DNA from: a virus
Taxonomy: Duplodnaviria > Caudoviricetes
Virus record (IMG/VR): IMGVR_UViG_3300030376_004672
Coordinates: 1-50,231 of that record
Direction: 5' to 3' (one strand)
Length of the DNA: 50,231 bases
This document shows positions 29,501 through 39,177 of this stretch, piece by piece. The position numbers were made by a program, and so were the translations under genes. How positions within the stretch are numbered: the stretch's first letter is position 1; every line of letters begins with the position of its first letter. The notes under the pieces were generated by a model. That model did no database searches. It was not told the DNA's origin and worked only from the letters and a program-made list of their open reading frames with translations.

Positions 29501-32500
29501 AAATAATAAACAAGACAGGACCTGTCATATCTTTAAAATCAGGTTTAGTAAAAGGTGGTGCTATTGCTGCAGAGGTAGGTATTCAAACTACAGGTGAAGC
29601 ATTTAGTGAAGTTGCGGGTCAAGGAACTGAGCTGATGTTAGGCGAAGACCTAGGTGGTGTTAATTTAGAAACTAATGAGCCATACATTATACGTTCACGA
29701 AAAAGTTTTGATGGAAAAGAAATTGCAGCTGAAGCCGGTGGCTCACTTGGTAGTGGTAGTGCAGTAACTAACTATATGGTTAATACATATATGATATCTA
29801 GAGATAATCAGTTTGATACTTTTATTCAAAACTTAACCAACCCTGAATTTTTATCTAATTATAATCATGCTACTGAAGAGCAGATTATAGATTATGTAAA
29901 TAAAGCTGTAAAAAATAAAAAGCTAACTGAAAACGAAGCACAAAATATAAGAAAGAATTTAGGATTAAAAAGAGATGCACAAAACGTAGCAGGTGAAGGT
30001 GCACCTAAAGATGTTGTTTCTAGATTGATGCAGCTAATAAATGCACAAGAAATATTATCAGCCGATAGAAATAGAAAACAAATATATAATCAAAAACTAA
30101 AGGAGATTGCTGATGAGATTACCACACTTGTTACCACACATAAATTGTCAGATAACCCAACTAATATTACTGATGGTTTAGTGGGATTAGATGTAGGAAA
30201 AATTAGAAGATTTAACAGACCTAGAAACCAATTTCAAATTGGAAGTTTTGTAACCACAGATTATGAGAAATTTAAAAAGAAATTAAACAACGTCACAGAC
30301 CCTGATGCATTATTTGCTATACAAGTCTATGACGATAACAACTTAAGTGAAGAAGCAAGTAACTTAGTAGCAAAAAAAATTAATGAGCTAAAGAAAAAAC
30401 ACGCAGCTCAAATGGGGATTGAGTTAGACCCCTCTGAACTTCTAACCGTAACTACAGATATACAAGAAAATGCCGGTACGCAGCAAACGACAGATGAGGT
30501 GGTTAGCAGCCAACAGGAAGGACCTGTTAAAAAAGTGGACGAGGGAGTATCCCGTAAACCTAAAAAACCTACCCGAAAAAGTCAAGAAGAAAAAAATGAG
30601 GTAACTAAACCTGAAGAGATAGTTGAGGGAGAAACTGTTATCCCTTTTACTAGAAAAAATAAAAAAGGAGATAAAACTCAAACTTATAAAGAAATAGTAG
30701 TAGATAAAACCAATCCTGAAAATGAACAAACTAAAGGGGTTAAGGTGGTAAGCTATGACGGGGAAAGAATGGGTAGAGACGGTAAGCCAAAAAGAATAAA
30801 ATCTGCATCAGTCCCTATAGAAGAAACAAGGTTTAAAAACTTTAATGTAAAAGAAAAATTAATAGAAGACGGGCTTATAGACGAAGATTTTAAGGGTGAT
30901 ATAGAAGTGCTAGAGGTAATGCTTGTTCCTGCCGAGACAAAATCGGAAGCCGCAGGTAATACAATATTTAAAGTAAAAGTAAAAGAAAAAGGAGAATCAG
31001 GGATGATGGCGGATATTTATGACGGCATCATAGCTGAAGAATCTATAGACGAGGTGACAGAACAAATAGATGAAGAAGCTATTCAAGATTTTGAAAAATC
31101 TTTAGATGAAGATAGTAAGGTAGATTTTAAAGCAGAAGAACAAGAAAGCGATAACTACTTTGAAAGACTATCTAAAGATGAAGAGGAAAATGTAAACAAG
31201 TTAGTAGATTTTGCTAATAAATCATTTCCGGGTACAATGATTAATGTAGATTCCGAAACATTTCAAAATGTTTTAAATGAACCCGGCACACAACAATATT
31301 TAAAAGGGAATGAAATAGTGTATGGTATTACTAAAGATGGTGATATATATATTAATCCTGACGTACATAAAAACCAAAGCTCATTATTTAACACAGCTAT
31401 TCATGAGATGGGTCATATTTGGGTGGATTATTTAAAAACCACTCCTCAAGGTGTAAAAATATATAATAGAGGTAAAGAACTTGTAAGTAAAACAGAAGAG
31501 TATAAAAAACAATTAAAAAGATTTAAGGGTGATAAGCAGAAAGCTATTGATGAAACAATGGCTGTTCTTATTGGAAACAAAGGTGAGTCTATTGTAAACA
31601 AAACTCTGCAGCAGAAATTTAAAGATTGGTTAAATAGTATGTGGGCTTACATAAAGAAATCGTTTAAGATGTCCAAAGATTTGACTGACCAAGAAATACA
31701 GGACTTAAATCTTGATGGTTTCTTAAACACAGCTATAGCTGATATATTTAGTGGAGAACCAATTGAGCTGACTGACGTACAAAAGAAAAAACTTAAGAAT
31801 CCTGATGTGTTATTCAAAAAAGATTTATCTATAGAAGAGATAATATACAGAGGAAGACAACAAGCCCTTCCTGAAGTAAATATTCAGGAGGTGTTAAGAA
31901 GAAGACATGGTCTTAGTAAGAAAGAAGCTGTAGCGGCGATGCAGGAAGAAAGAGCACCTGTGCCTAGAGCTTTCGGTAACATTGAAGGTGGTATCAACGT
32001 TGGTAGAAAAATCCTTGCCGAAGTACAAGCAACAGAAAATAAAAGAAAAAGAAAACAAAAACGAGAAGGTAAAATTGTAACCACTAAAGAAGAAAGAGCT
32101 CAACGTATAACTGAGTTAAAAAATAATCCTACATTTAAAAAACTTTCTGAGGTAGACCAACAAAGATTAATAGTTGCTTACGATAAAGAGTTTGGTAGTG
32201 TAGCGGGTGTTGAAACACAACGAGAAATTAAGTCTATAATTGATGAACTAAAAGGAAGAAAGAAAGAGCAAAAATTATCTCAAGGAATCAAAAACAGATT
32301 GACTAATATTATTAAAGGGTTAATTCCTAGGTCTGACAATATTACTAAGCAAACATTAACAAGTCTTAATAAAAGAGTAGCACAAGTAACTCAAGAAAAC
32401 TTTGATGCTATACTTGAAGAGGTGCAGGAGATAGCTAAAAAAGTAGAGGAAAAAGATAAAGCCCAACAACGTAAGAAAATTCAAGATTACGTTAATAAGA

Positions 32501-35349
32501 AAAAGAAAACGAGAAAAGGTACTACAAAAAAACCTGAAGCCGGTACAATTGAATATAGAGGTATTACATATTTTGCAGCTGTCGATAAAATAATTAACAT
32601 GACTCCTGACGAGTTAACGGCGAAGCAAGAAGAGCTTGATTCTAAAGAAGCTCAAATAGATGCAGCTTTAAAGAAAGAAGCTGAGGGTATAGATTTAACT
32701 TTAGAAGAAGCTATTCTTTTAGGTGAGGTTGAAGCGGTTGCTCGTTTCGGTAACATTGAGCAGATGACACTTTCAGAACTTCAAGAAGTGATGAGAGCAT
32801 TACGAGAGGATAGTAAAGAATCATCAGAGAGGTTATTTAAAAGAAGACAAAAGAGAAGAGAAGAAGCGGAAAAATTAAACGACCAAGCCGATTCAGATAT
32901 TCAAACTAACAATCCATCTTTATTTAATGAAGATGGTTCTGTAAAAACAAATCAAGAGTTTCAAAGTGAGCGTATGAACTTTCTAACTTCTTTGAAGAAA
33001 AGGGGTGCTATAAAAACCATAGCTAAAGGTTATGAAGCTATAATGAAAGGTTATGAAGACTTTTTTGGTGGTAAGAATTGGATTAAAGGAATTAGACAAA
33101 TGGTTGACGTTACGGTCAGTAACTCAAGAACTGTATTCAATATGCTTGATGGTGTGTATGGAACTAAATTTTTTGAAAAACAATTTCATCAGCGTTTAGC
33201 TAGAGCTAACTTCAATAGAGAGCAAGGTGAAAGAAGAGTTAAGACTATACTTGATAACATAGCAAAGAAAGCAGGGATTAAAAAAGGAAGAATAATAGGT
33301 ATTCCACAATTATTGCAATCTAAAGGACCTTTAGAAATTAAAAACACCAAAGGTAAACCTATTAGTTATAGTGCAGAAATGTTGATGTATCACTATGCAA
33401 TGAGTTTGAATGAGGATACAAGAAAGAGAATAGCTGAACAAGGAATTACTGATGAGGTGATAGAACAAATAAAAACCCATCTTGGTCCTGAAGCAATTGC
33501 ATATGTTGATGGGGTTGTTGAATATTTATCGGATACTTACTTTGATGAGGTAAATGAAGTTTACATTAGAAACAATGATGTGAGTTTAGGAAAGATAGAT
33601 AATTACTTTCCGGTAAGAATTGACACCACAGAGTCTATACGAAAAGAGGACATGGTAACTACTAAATCACCTTATATGGATGGGTTTAATGCTATATCAC
33701 CTAAATCTTTAAGAGCAAGAGGTAAGACAGGGGTTATTGACCTTACTACTTTGTTTGATAACACATTAAATACTCATATTGAAGCTAATGAAAGATACAA
33801 AGCATATGCAGATGAGGTTAAAACCTTCAACAAGATGTTGCAGTTTGACTCAGTAAAACTTTTATTAAGAGCTACAGGAACAGAAGGGATTGTAAATCAA
33901 ACTTTAAATTATTCTGTTAATGGAGCGGTTGCATTTAAAAACAGTACAAACAAATCTTGGTGGATTAATTGGATGCAAGGTAGTTTTGTTGCGTATATAT
34001 TAAATAATAAGTTATGGCAGATACCAAAACAGGCAAGTTCCTTGATTATGGGATTCACCAACATGGATGTAAAGGGTGGCAAATTAGGTGCACTAGGTAG
34101 ATTAAGAGCTAAAGGGGGAATTAAAGGTCTTCTCGCACAAGGTCCGGCTACAATGGTAGATGCAACGGTATTTGTAGGAAGATATTTACAATTACTTTTA
34201 GCTACTTTGTTAGGAAAAGAAGGAGGAATCAAAACAGCTCGAAGAATATCAGCAGGTTTTGAAAACAGACTACAAGATGCATTGTCAGGAAGAAACTTAA
34301 CACAATTATCTTCAGGTCAAGAATTAGGTGCTAATATTACGGTTGATATAGGAGAAGGTGTAATGAATTTTATTTTCAAACTACCCGGTATTAAAGGTAA
34401 TATAGAGATGACACCAAGACAAGTATCGGAAAAAATCTCAGCAATTATGGGTGCAGGTACAAGTATTGGAGATATATTGGGAGTGCTTGGTTATTTAGCT
34501 GTCTACAATCAAGACATAGCCAACGGTATGACGGAAACAGAAGCTGCATTAAGATTTGTTGAGTACAATTTAACTCAGCAGTCTCGTAGAGATATGGACA
34601 AAGGAGGTCTTCAAAGAGAAGCAGGTTTACTAAAATTATTTACTACGTTTGGAAGCACAATGTTACTTCAGTTAAATGACGTTGCATATAGAGGTAGAAA
34701 CATATCTAGAGCAGTACAAAGAGCAGCAGCTGAACTTAAAAAAGGTAATGTAAGAAAAGCAATTGATGAAGCTCCGAAAAAAGAAGATGTAAGAGGATTT
34801 ACTTTATCAGCTGCACTTGCTAACATGGCTTTCGTAGCTGTATCACAATTAATGGTTTTATTAAGAGGGACGGATAAAGAAAAAGAAAAAGCAGTTGAGG
34901 AGATTATGCTACAAAGATGGGGTGTTACAATGATGTCAGAACTACCTATCTTTGGAAATGCGTTTATAGATTTAGCATATCAATTAGAAACAGGTAAAGG
35001 TGTCCCTCCGTTTAAAAAAAGTACAGTAGTAGACCCTATTGAACGAATATCAAGAGAGATTCAAAAGGATTTGAGTGAAAAAAAATATGGCAAGGTTAGC
35101 GAAACATTACTAGAATTTTTCATCTTAAAAGCACAAGTCGACCCTGTAGCTTCTGCTTATGACCTTTTAATGGGAGAGGGTGATGTGGAAGAAAACATAT
35201 ACATTATGCTAGGTATACCTAAATCTCAAAGACCAAAAAGAGGGGGAGGTTTGAATAAAACAGAGATGTTAAAGTGGGCAAAAGAAAATAATCCTGATTT
35301 ATATAAACAACTTCTTGAAATAAGAAATGCAAAATCTAAAAGTAAATAG
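26539..35349 (+). CDS. Giant internal virion / large polyvalent protein with zincin metallopeptidase motif
   Basis: 2936 aa; duplicated N-terminal helix pair; Gly/Ala hydrophobic segment; HEMGH at 31402-31416 with a downstream Glu; long coiled coils. Confidence 0.7.
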   Translation: MNEKAFKQLYEEFVNTGYKGDRTEFIELLSTNTDAFMQGFNAFTSTGYNGDEDAFAELIGVTSPLKKKDEPQESGESVVEDGQLLSDTPDKKTAITDRDIPQMLERIEATVNGQPLWEVVGARSAEELREAININTDYEQRVDADAMPPEVQDDPALMAEYIKNFPAPTERQMELYAEFSGGNYDEILYNFDEEEGTGDVIPVDLPEVAVEKEAKKRTKEEVIEQKDELLLDMVGESNQTPQDVIDKVDNIDKEARAKVTEQVGVDLSNASYYNEDGTVNLDKVNFERQVEIAKEEIDPNFDEFEEGVTARQRQLRNQRIKATKKLQEEFEKVESRDDLSVEDLTLLNNMLNEDLPLITGELIANDDNEQTIDFLNEKFGKYNLVFTPTSFGGMRVTRADGKADIDINIDPSIGSTEKEKQALANFITLNADVPDVELMDVEGYQQKAKRAQDMRRGAKNGIDGYEMVVSEKDGEFLVHPTLFPKNYDDQSSFPSSWEKLDNDDAYIFALQQNEVFKFKSKKDAEKFILDFQGVSTLDGEADAFYRERGLDYTAVKAAMDEYEQVRDEIIFIEELYFNTVQEYQGPGVGPFGMVSQNSKLIPENLRDPSTEDVVTPQVRELKDLTLADQKRFGHLFINGLPVAELQDRLPELYRRRDILFDANFSDDITKAREDFDVYLRKQYDERSKKSLDNNNKVKEAYENLEKESLLEFQVKLEDLPEYVRGNLEKLEPFQVNMASKIYGDYLMLQNEQQVLRVEYDLASNYFNAMENKNVKGEYIDNLGGWKNEFFKGLEQGNALNAILQYSMGVDMFDYWSDTVDPDDTMSVALAIVSSAQAKAEMGDSRTMLAWNDSKTAQESWEVFLDNPFEWAMQLSANSVGQMLEFGSQIIPAAGATGLGAGAVAGPGGAWVGAGYGLRTGYAATGYAVEYTNSIFEAISEAGYDVMNPYSVELALQDEAMWKAAAARGNQRGIPISVVNYFTAGLAGKIINKTGPVISLKSGLVKGGAIAAEVGIQTTGEAFSEVAGQGTELMLGEDLGGVNLETNEPYIIRSRKSFDGKEIAAEAGGSLGSGSAVTNYMVNTYMISRDNQFDTFIQNLTNPEFLSNYNHATEEQIIDYVNKAVKNKKLTENEAQNIRKNLGLKRDAQNVAGEGAPKDVVSRLMQLINAQEILSADRNRKQIYNQKLKEIADEITTLVTTHKLSDNPTNITDGLVGLDVGKIRRFNRPRNQFQIGSFVTTDYEKFKKKLNNVTDPDALFAIQVYDDNNLSEEASNLVAKKINELKKKHAAQMGIELDPSELLTVTTDIQENAGTQQTTDEVVSSQQEGPVKKVDEGVSRKPKKPTRKSQEEKNEVTKPEEIVEGETVIPFTRKNKKGDKTQTYKEIVVDKTNPENEQTKGVKVVSYDGERMGRDGKPKRIKSASVPIEETRFKNFNVKEKLIEDGLIDEDFKGDIEVLEVMLVPAETKSEAAGNTIFKVKVKEKGESGMMADIYDGIIAEESIDEVTEQIDEEAIQDFEKSLDEDSKVDFKAEEQESDNYFERLSKDEEENVNKLVDFANKSFPGTMINVDSETFQNVLNEPGTQQYLKGNEIVYGITKDGDIYINPDVHKNQSSLFNTAIHEMGHIWVDYLKTTPQGVKIYNRGKELVSKTEEYKKQLKRFKGDKQKAIDETMAVLIGNKGESIVNKTLQQKFKDWLNSMWAYIKKSFKMSKDLTDQEIQDLNLDGFLNTAIADIFSGEPIELTDVQKKKLKNPDVLFKKDLSIEEIIYRGRQQALPEVNIQEVLRRRHGLSKKEAVAAMQEERAPVPRAFGNIEGGINVGRKILAEVQATENKRKRKQKREGKIVTTKEERAQRITELKNNPTFKKLSEVDQQRLIVAYDKEFGSVAGVETQREIKSIIDELKGRKKEQKLSQGIKNRLTNIIKGLIPRSDNITKQTLTSLNKRVAQVTQENFDAILEEVQEIAKKVEEKDKAQQRKKIQDYVNKKKKTRKGTTKKPEAGTIEYRGITYFAAVDKIINMTPDELTAKQEELDSKEAQIDAALKKEAEGIDLTLEEAILLGEVEAVARFGNIEQMTLSELQEVMRALREDSKESSERLFKRRQKRREEAEKLNDQADSDIQTNNPSLFNEDGSVKTNQEFQSERMNFLTSLKKRGAIKTIAKGYEAIMKGYEDFFGGKNWIKGIRQMVDVTVSNSRTVFNMLDGVYGTKFFEKQFHQRLARANFNREQGERRVKTILDNIAKKAGIKKGRIIGIPQLLQSKGPLEIKNTKGKPISYSAEMLMYHYAMSLNEDTRKRIAEQGITDEVIEQIKTHLGPEAIAYVDGVVEYLSDTYFDEVNEVYIRNNDVSLGKIDNYFPVRIDTTESIRKEDMVTTKSPYMDGFNAISPKSLRARGKTGVIDLTTLFDNTLNTHIEANERYKAYADEVKTFNKMLQFDSVKLLLRATGTEGIVNQTLNYSVNGAVAFKNSTNKSWWINWMQGSFVAYILNNKLWQIPKQASSLIMGFTNMDVKGGKLGALGRLRAKGGIKGLLAQGPATMVDATVFVGRYLQLLLATLLGKEGGIKTARRISAGFENRLQDALSGRNLTQLSSGQELGANITVDIGEGVMNFIFKLPGIKGNIEMTPRQVSEKISAIMGAGTSIGDILGVLGYLAVYNQDIANGMTETEAALRFVEYNLTQQSRRDMDKGGLQREAGLLKLFTTFGSTMLLQLNDVAYRGRNISRAVQRAAAELKKGNVRKAIDEAPKKEDVRGFTLSAALANMAFVAVSQLMVLLRGTDKEKEKAVEEIMLQRWGVTMMSELPIFGNAFIDLAYQLETGKGVPPFKKSTVVDPIERISREIQKDLSEKKYGKVSETLLEFFILKAQVDPVASAYDLLMGEGDVEENIYIMLGIPKSQRPKRGGGLNKTEMLKWAKENNPDLYKQLLEIRNAKSKSK
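30470..30604 (+). CDS. Nested +1-frame 44-aa basic protein MPVRSKRQMRWLAANRKDLLKKWTREYPVNLKNLPEKVKKKKMR
   Basis: ATG 30470 with A-rich upstream context and A at -3, TAA 30602-30604; resembles small phage proteins I recall as MPFKS.KQRRW..AN.P..AK.W...LPEKV. Confidence 0.65.
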   Translation: MPVRSKRQMRWLAANRKDLLKKWTREYPVNLKNLPEKVKKKKMR

Positions 35350-35749
35350 TTTTAAAAGGCGATTCATCTTTTTCAAAATAAACCATAAGTTCTAAATCGT
35401 TATAAGATTCAGGTCTAGGTTTTCTTCCTCCCCAACATAGATTGCCTTTTATATGTTTTACTTTACAGTAAATAATTCCGTCGAGACAAGCCCATATCAT
35501 TACAGGATTTAATCTTTTATCAGCTAACTTGACTATTTTTCGAGCAGCTACCGGTAGAGGAAATGCGTCTTTTATCATGCGTAATCTACCCTTTACTTCT
35601 GCATAAGCTATATGCTTTCCTTTAGAATCAAATACTTTGTAGTCAATATCTTCAGGGTCTAGCTTTTTAAAACTTCCATTAAATTTTTCTACGAATGTAT
35701 TGATTGCTTGTTTTTCTCTTTTTAAATCCTGTTGAGATTCAAACCACAT
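35336..35749 (-). CDS. PD-(D/E)XK-family nuclease
   Basis: IDY...AYAEVKGR catalytic-type motif. Confidence 0.65.
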   Translation of the reverse strand: MWFESQQDLKREKQAINTFVEKFNGSFKKLDPEDIDYKVFDSKGKHIAYAEVKGRLRMIKDAFPLPVAARKIVKLADKRLNPVMIWACLDGIIYCKVKHIKGNLCWGGRKPRPESYNDLELMVYFEKDESPFKTIYF

Positions 35750-35756
35750 ATTAAAT

Positions 35757-36515
35757 TTATAAATCCATTAAACAATTTATGGCAGTATGTCCGCCTAACA
35801 CTACGCCACACCCTATGGCTTGTTTCTTAAAATTTTTTGCGTATGCTGCCGCATATGTTTTTGCATCTATTCCGCAACCTACCTGCATTCCGAATACTCT
35901 AAACTTTTTTCCGACCAACCACTCTACATAAGCGGTAGTATGTGTGTGACCACAGACTGAAGACATCATATTATTTTTAGCTTTGGTCTTAGCTTGTCCT
36001 CCTTCGCCATGTTCATATAATACATCGTCATATGAAATATTTTCTACCCAATTCCATTTTGGAGTACCTAATACGTCGTTATAAGACCTTATCCATGCTG
36101 AAGGTATACCCCCTGTCATTGCCTTCCTAGAAGCCATTCTATCGTGGTTTCCAATACAAACATCAGCTACAGGGAATGCTTTGTACCATTTTCTTATTCT
36201 CTTAACAGCTAATGACAGCTCGTTTCCTGCTGAAAGACCATCAGGGTCTTGTTCATGATATGAGAATCCATGCGAATCCAATATGTCACCAATAAAAATT
36301 ACATGATTGCAATTATATGTGGCATAGATGTGCTGACAAAACTCTAAATAACCCTCTAAACAAAAAGGTTCATGAAGGTCTCCAATAATTAATATTCTTT
36401 TTTCTTTACGATTAATGCTTTCAAACGCAATACGTTTATTGCCGCTTAATCGGGGACGTATTTCATCGTAATGGTTTTTATCTCCACTCGGTAAGTCGTA
36501 GGAATTATATTTCAT
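35757..36515 (-). CDS. Calcineurin-like metallophosphoesterase
   Basis: GDLH, GDILD, GNHD, HG and GHTH motifs. Confidence 0.88.
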   Translation of the reverse strand: MKYNSYDLPSGDKNHYDEIRPRLSGNKRIAFESINRKEKRILIIGDLHEPFCLEGYLEFCQHIYATYNCNHVIFIGDILDSHGFSYHEQDPDGLSAGNELSLAVKRIRKWYKAFPVADVCIGNHDRMASRKAMTGGIPSAWIRSYNDVLGTPKWNWVENISYDDVLYEHGEGGQAKTKAKNNMMSSVCGHTHTTAYVEWLVGKKFRVFGMQVGCGIDAKTYAAAYAKNFKKQAIGCGVVLGGHTAINCLMDL

Positions 36516-36693
36516 CTTCTATGTTTTCTAGTATTGAACGAAGCATACGAATGTTGTTCACTACTTCAACACGAAGTTCCTTATATTGTTGGTCTATTAA
36601 AAGCTCGTAGATGTTGTTGTTAGAGTTGTGAATCTCATTCATCACAAAATTGATGTGTTTGATTCTTTCGTGTTCAACTCCTCTAATTGGCAT
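36505..36693 (-). CDS. Hypothetical protein
   Basis: 62 aa, tightly packed in the operon. Confidence 0.6.
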   Translation of the reverse strand: MPIRGVEHERIKHINFVMNEIHNSNNNIYELLIDQQYKELRVEVVNNIRMLRSILENIEDEI

Positions 36694-36701
36694 AATTTTA
36701 T

Positions 36702-37238
36702 TTAATCGTATACTCCATTAAAAATTGTATTTAATTTTTTTTCAATAACCCCCTCAGTTTCCGGCTTTGTTCGGCTTCTTATTAAATCAAAGAGTTTTTT
36801 AAATCTCTTATCTCTGAGTTGATTAGTGTGGATTGTCTCTTTGAGACTTTGTACTTCCAAAGATAACATTTTATTTCTATCTTCCAAAATTAAAATATGT
36901 CCTTTCAGCTCGTGAGGTTGCAACTCATCTATTCTTGGGTCTGCTATTTTGTAATATCTGACGCAGGTTTGATACTGAGAGTGGAGTTCTTTGTCGTAAT
37001 CTAAAATAAAATTTATGTTTTTTAAATAATGAAGCACAGACGCATGGCTTTCTAGATTAAGATGAGATGCAATAGCGTTTACAGTAGAACCTTCGTCTCG
37101 CATGAGCTTTGCAAAAATCATTCTTCCATTTACAAAGTTTCTTTTACGAGTTTTACTTGTCAGTTTTATGTTGAAAACTTGGTTAATAATTTTTTTAAAT
37201 AAATTGGCTCGTGTAGACTCTCTGTAATATGGCTTCAT
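36702..37238 (-). CDS. DnaA C-terminal-like HTH protein with coiled coil
   Basis: KTRKRNFVNGRMIF...IA..LN..SHASVLHY. ATG 37238 is preferred over 37268. Confidence 0.65.
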   Translation of the reverse strand: MKPYYRESTRANLFKKIINQVFNIKLTSKTRKRNFVNGRMIFAKLMRDEGSTVNAIASHLNLESHASVLHYLKNINFILDYDKELHSQYQTCVRYYKIADPRIDELQPHELKGHILILEDRNKMLSLEVQSLKETIHTNQLRDKRFKKLFDLIRSRTKPETEGVIEKKLNTIFNGVYD

Positions 37239-37557
37239 TTGATTTAAGTGTTTGATTTTTGGAAACATAGTCTAAATATGTATCGCAATCAATTTTATTT
37301 ACATTAATAAATATAGGAAAATCTTTTGGTTCATGGATATATTCTACCTCAAAAAAATAAGGGGTGCTATATTTCAACACTCCTCCTATCTTTTGGGTGT
37401 ATCCTTCTACCATTGGCAACATATAAGCATTGCATTCTATAAGAACCGCAATAGGAATGGACAGGTAGTCTGCCATATCTTGCATGTCTTGCATCAGACT
37501 ATCATCAAACTCATAATAGGTATCAATCCCCTCTATATATTTCTGTGATGCATCCAT
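37195..37557 (-). CDS. Hypothetical acidic protein
   Basis: 120-aa ORF overlapping both neighbours. Confidence 0.55.
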   Translation of the reverse strand: MDASQKYIEGIDTYYEFDDSLMQDMQDMADYLSIPIAVLIECNAYMLPMVEGYTQKIGGVLKYSTPYFFEVEYIHEPKDFPIFINVNKIDCDTYLDYVSKNQTLKSNEAILQRVYTSQFI

Positions 37558-37765
37558 GCTCTTCTAGTTCTTTTAATCTATATTTTTGTAAAGTAGATAG
37601 TCTACCTTTTTCAGTTTTAACTTCGCTAAACAGCACCTGTGTGTTTGGGGGAATAGCAAGTAAATCCGGTATACCGTTTTTATTTGTCTTTACAAGTTTA
37701 AGAACATAATAACCTTTTGACTCAAGCTCTTTTATTCTTTTGCTTTGTATCTGCTGTTCTGTCAT
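37523..37765 (-). CDS. VRR-NUC-family nuclease
   Basis: E.QIQ...GIPDLL......FSEVK...G.LS.LQ. Confidence 0.8.
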   Translation of the reverse strand: MTEQQIQSKRIKELESKGYYVLKLVKTNKNGIPDLLAIPPNTQVLFSEVKTEKGRLSTLQKYRLKELEEHGCITEIYRGD

Positions 37766-37937
37766 TTTTATAGTCTAAGTAAAATCCAATTCCCACAATC
37801 AAGTTCATTCCAATAGATGAAAATATTTCAACTAAATCGTGAAACGAGTGTATAGATAAATGAACATGACCTACCACCCAAAATGGAATTGCTAAGTTTT
37901 CGCTTATCCAAATCAAAGTAAACTTAACAAATCTCAT
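37722..37937 (-). CDS. Small membrane protein
   Basis: 71 aa with two hydrophobic segments and a basic tail. Confidence 0.55.
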   Translation of the reverse strand: MRFVKFTLIWISENLAIPFWVVGHVHLSIHSFHDLVEIFSSIGMNLIVGIGFYLDYKNDRTADTKQKNKRA

Positions 37938-37938
37938 A

Positions 37939-39177
37939 CTACAAATTTAAGAAATCTCTTTTGAAGTGTTTTAAAGTATAGTCCTTCTTACGAGTCACAG
38001 CTTTATAAATTTTATCTTCGATTCCTGCTGAGGTAAACACCCAATATATTTTATTGTGAAGTCTGTTTTTGGTTGTCATGCGGTCACGAGATTGCCAATA
38101 GGAGGTTGCAGAAAAATCTATATTATAGTAAATCAATGCATCGGCGTTGCGTAAACTAATACCTTCCCTCCCACTAACAATCTGCAGAGCTATACTTTTA
38201 TTTGTCTCATTGAAGACGCTTAGTTCCGTTGAAATGGTCTCCCCATAAACTTCCTTAATTGCATTTAGTTCTTCTTTAAACTTATAAAAGATAGCAATTT
38301 TTTTATCTGAAAATTTATTTTTAATAAACTCAGCTTTTGTTAAGTCTAACACCATAGAACTACCGCTTTCAAATTTAACAGTACCGGAAAAGATTTGGTG
38401 TAGCTTTGACATCAGCTTTACAGGTGTGTCGCCCATTATTACCTCATCTTTGCCTTCTACTACTAAATGTTTTTGTAGTTTTTTAGCAAGACTATAAGTC
38501 GCATCTTTCATGCGAACATACAAAATTTCTTCAGTAGTTTGCACTTCAAAACCTGCGTTTTTTTGACTAAAGTTTATGGTGAAGGGTCGCATCTTATCAA
38601 GGATACTCTCATAACCTGCAGAGTAATCTCTTATCTGCAGACCTCCGATTGGTTTTATTTTAACATTTACATAGTCATCAGAAAACCTATAAAAATTTTT
38701 GTAATGAGCAAAAGGATTAGTTGGTATACCATAAACTTGATGATACATTTGACTAAACGATTCAGGAGTTGGTGTGCCTGACAAAAGAATAACAAAAGGT
38801 TTTGTTTTACCAATCAGTTCCTTAACCTGCTTTGCTCTTTTGCTTGGCTTTGGAAACGCACCCATTGAATGAGCTTCGTCACATATAATAACATCCCATT
38901 GAGTATCAGGAATCTTGTGAATGCTTTCGTAATTAATGGTAGTTAAATTGAAAGAAGGATTGAGTAGTTGATAGTCATCTTCAATACTAGAGATAGCTTT
39001 TTTCTTTGTAACAAACAGAACGTTCACCGCTTTTACTCGGTCTGCTATCCCTAAGCTCGTAAGGGTCTTGCCTGTTCGTACCTCCATAGCAAGGTAGACA
39101 AACCCTCTACTCAATAAGGTTTGACTACCTATGTCTATGATGGTATTTTGATATGGTCTTAACTCTATGACTTCCAA
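37939..39177 (-). CDS. SF2 (SNF2-like) helicase
   Basis: EVRTGKT, DEAH, LSGTP, REGISL and QSRDR motifs. Confidence 0.88.
   Translation of the reverse strand: MEVIELRPYQNTIIDIGSQTLLSRGFVYLAMEVRTGKTLTSLGIADRVKAVNVLFVTKKKAISSIEDDYQLLNPSFNLTTINYESIHKIPDTQWDVIICDEAHSMGAFPKPSKRAKQVKELIGKTKPFVILLSGTPTPESFSQMYHQVYGIPTNPFAHYKNFYRFSDDYVNVKIKPIGGLQIRDYSAGYESILDKMRPFTINFSQKNAGFEVQTTEEILYVRMKDATYSLAKKLQKHLVVEGKDEVIMGDTPVKLMSKLHQIFSGTVKFESGSSMVLDLTKAEFIKNKFSDKKIAIFYKFKEELNAIKEVYGETISTELSVFNETNKSIALQIVSGREGISLRNADALIYYNIDFSATSYWQSRDRMTTKNRLHNKIYWVFTSAGIEDKIYKAVTRKKDYTLKHFKRDFLNL

Noticed and set aside
2366-34232. Minus-strand ORFs in the structural arm, plus short out-of-frame + strand ORFs in the track
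   Set aside because: Shadow ORFs of long genes with atypical composition and no start context.
26539-35349. Giant protein as a virion RNA polymerase (crAss- or N4-like)
   Set aside because: I found no DxDxD/DFDGD-type catalytic motif, and early promoters match the host consensus.
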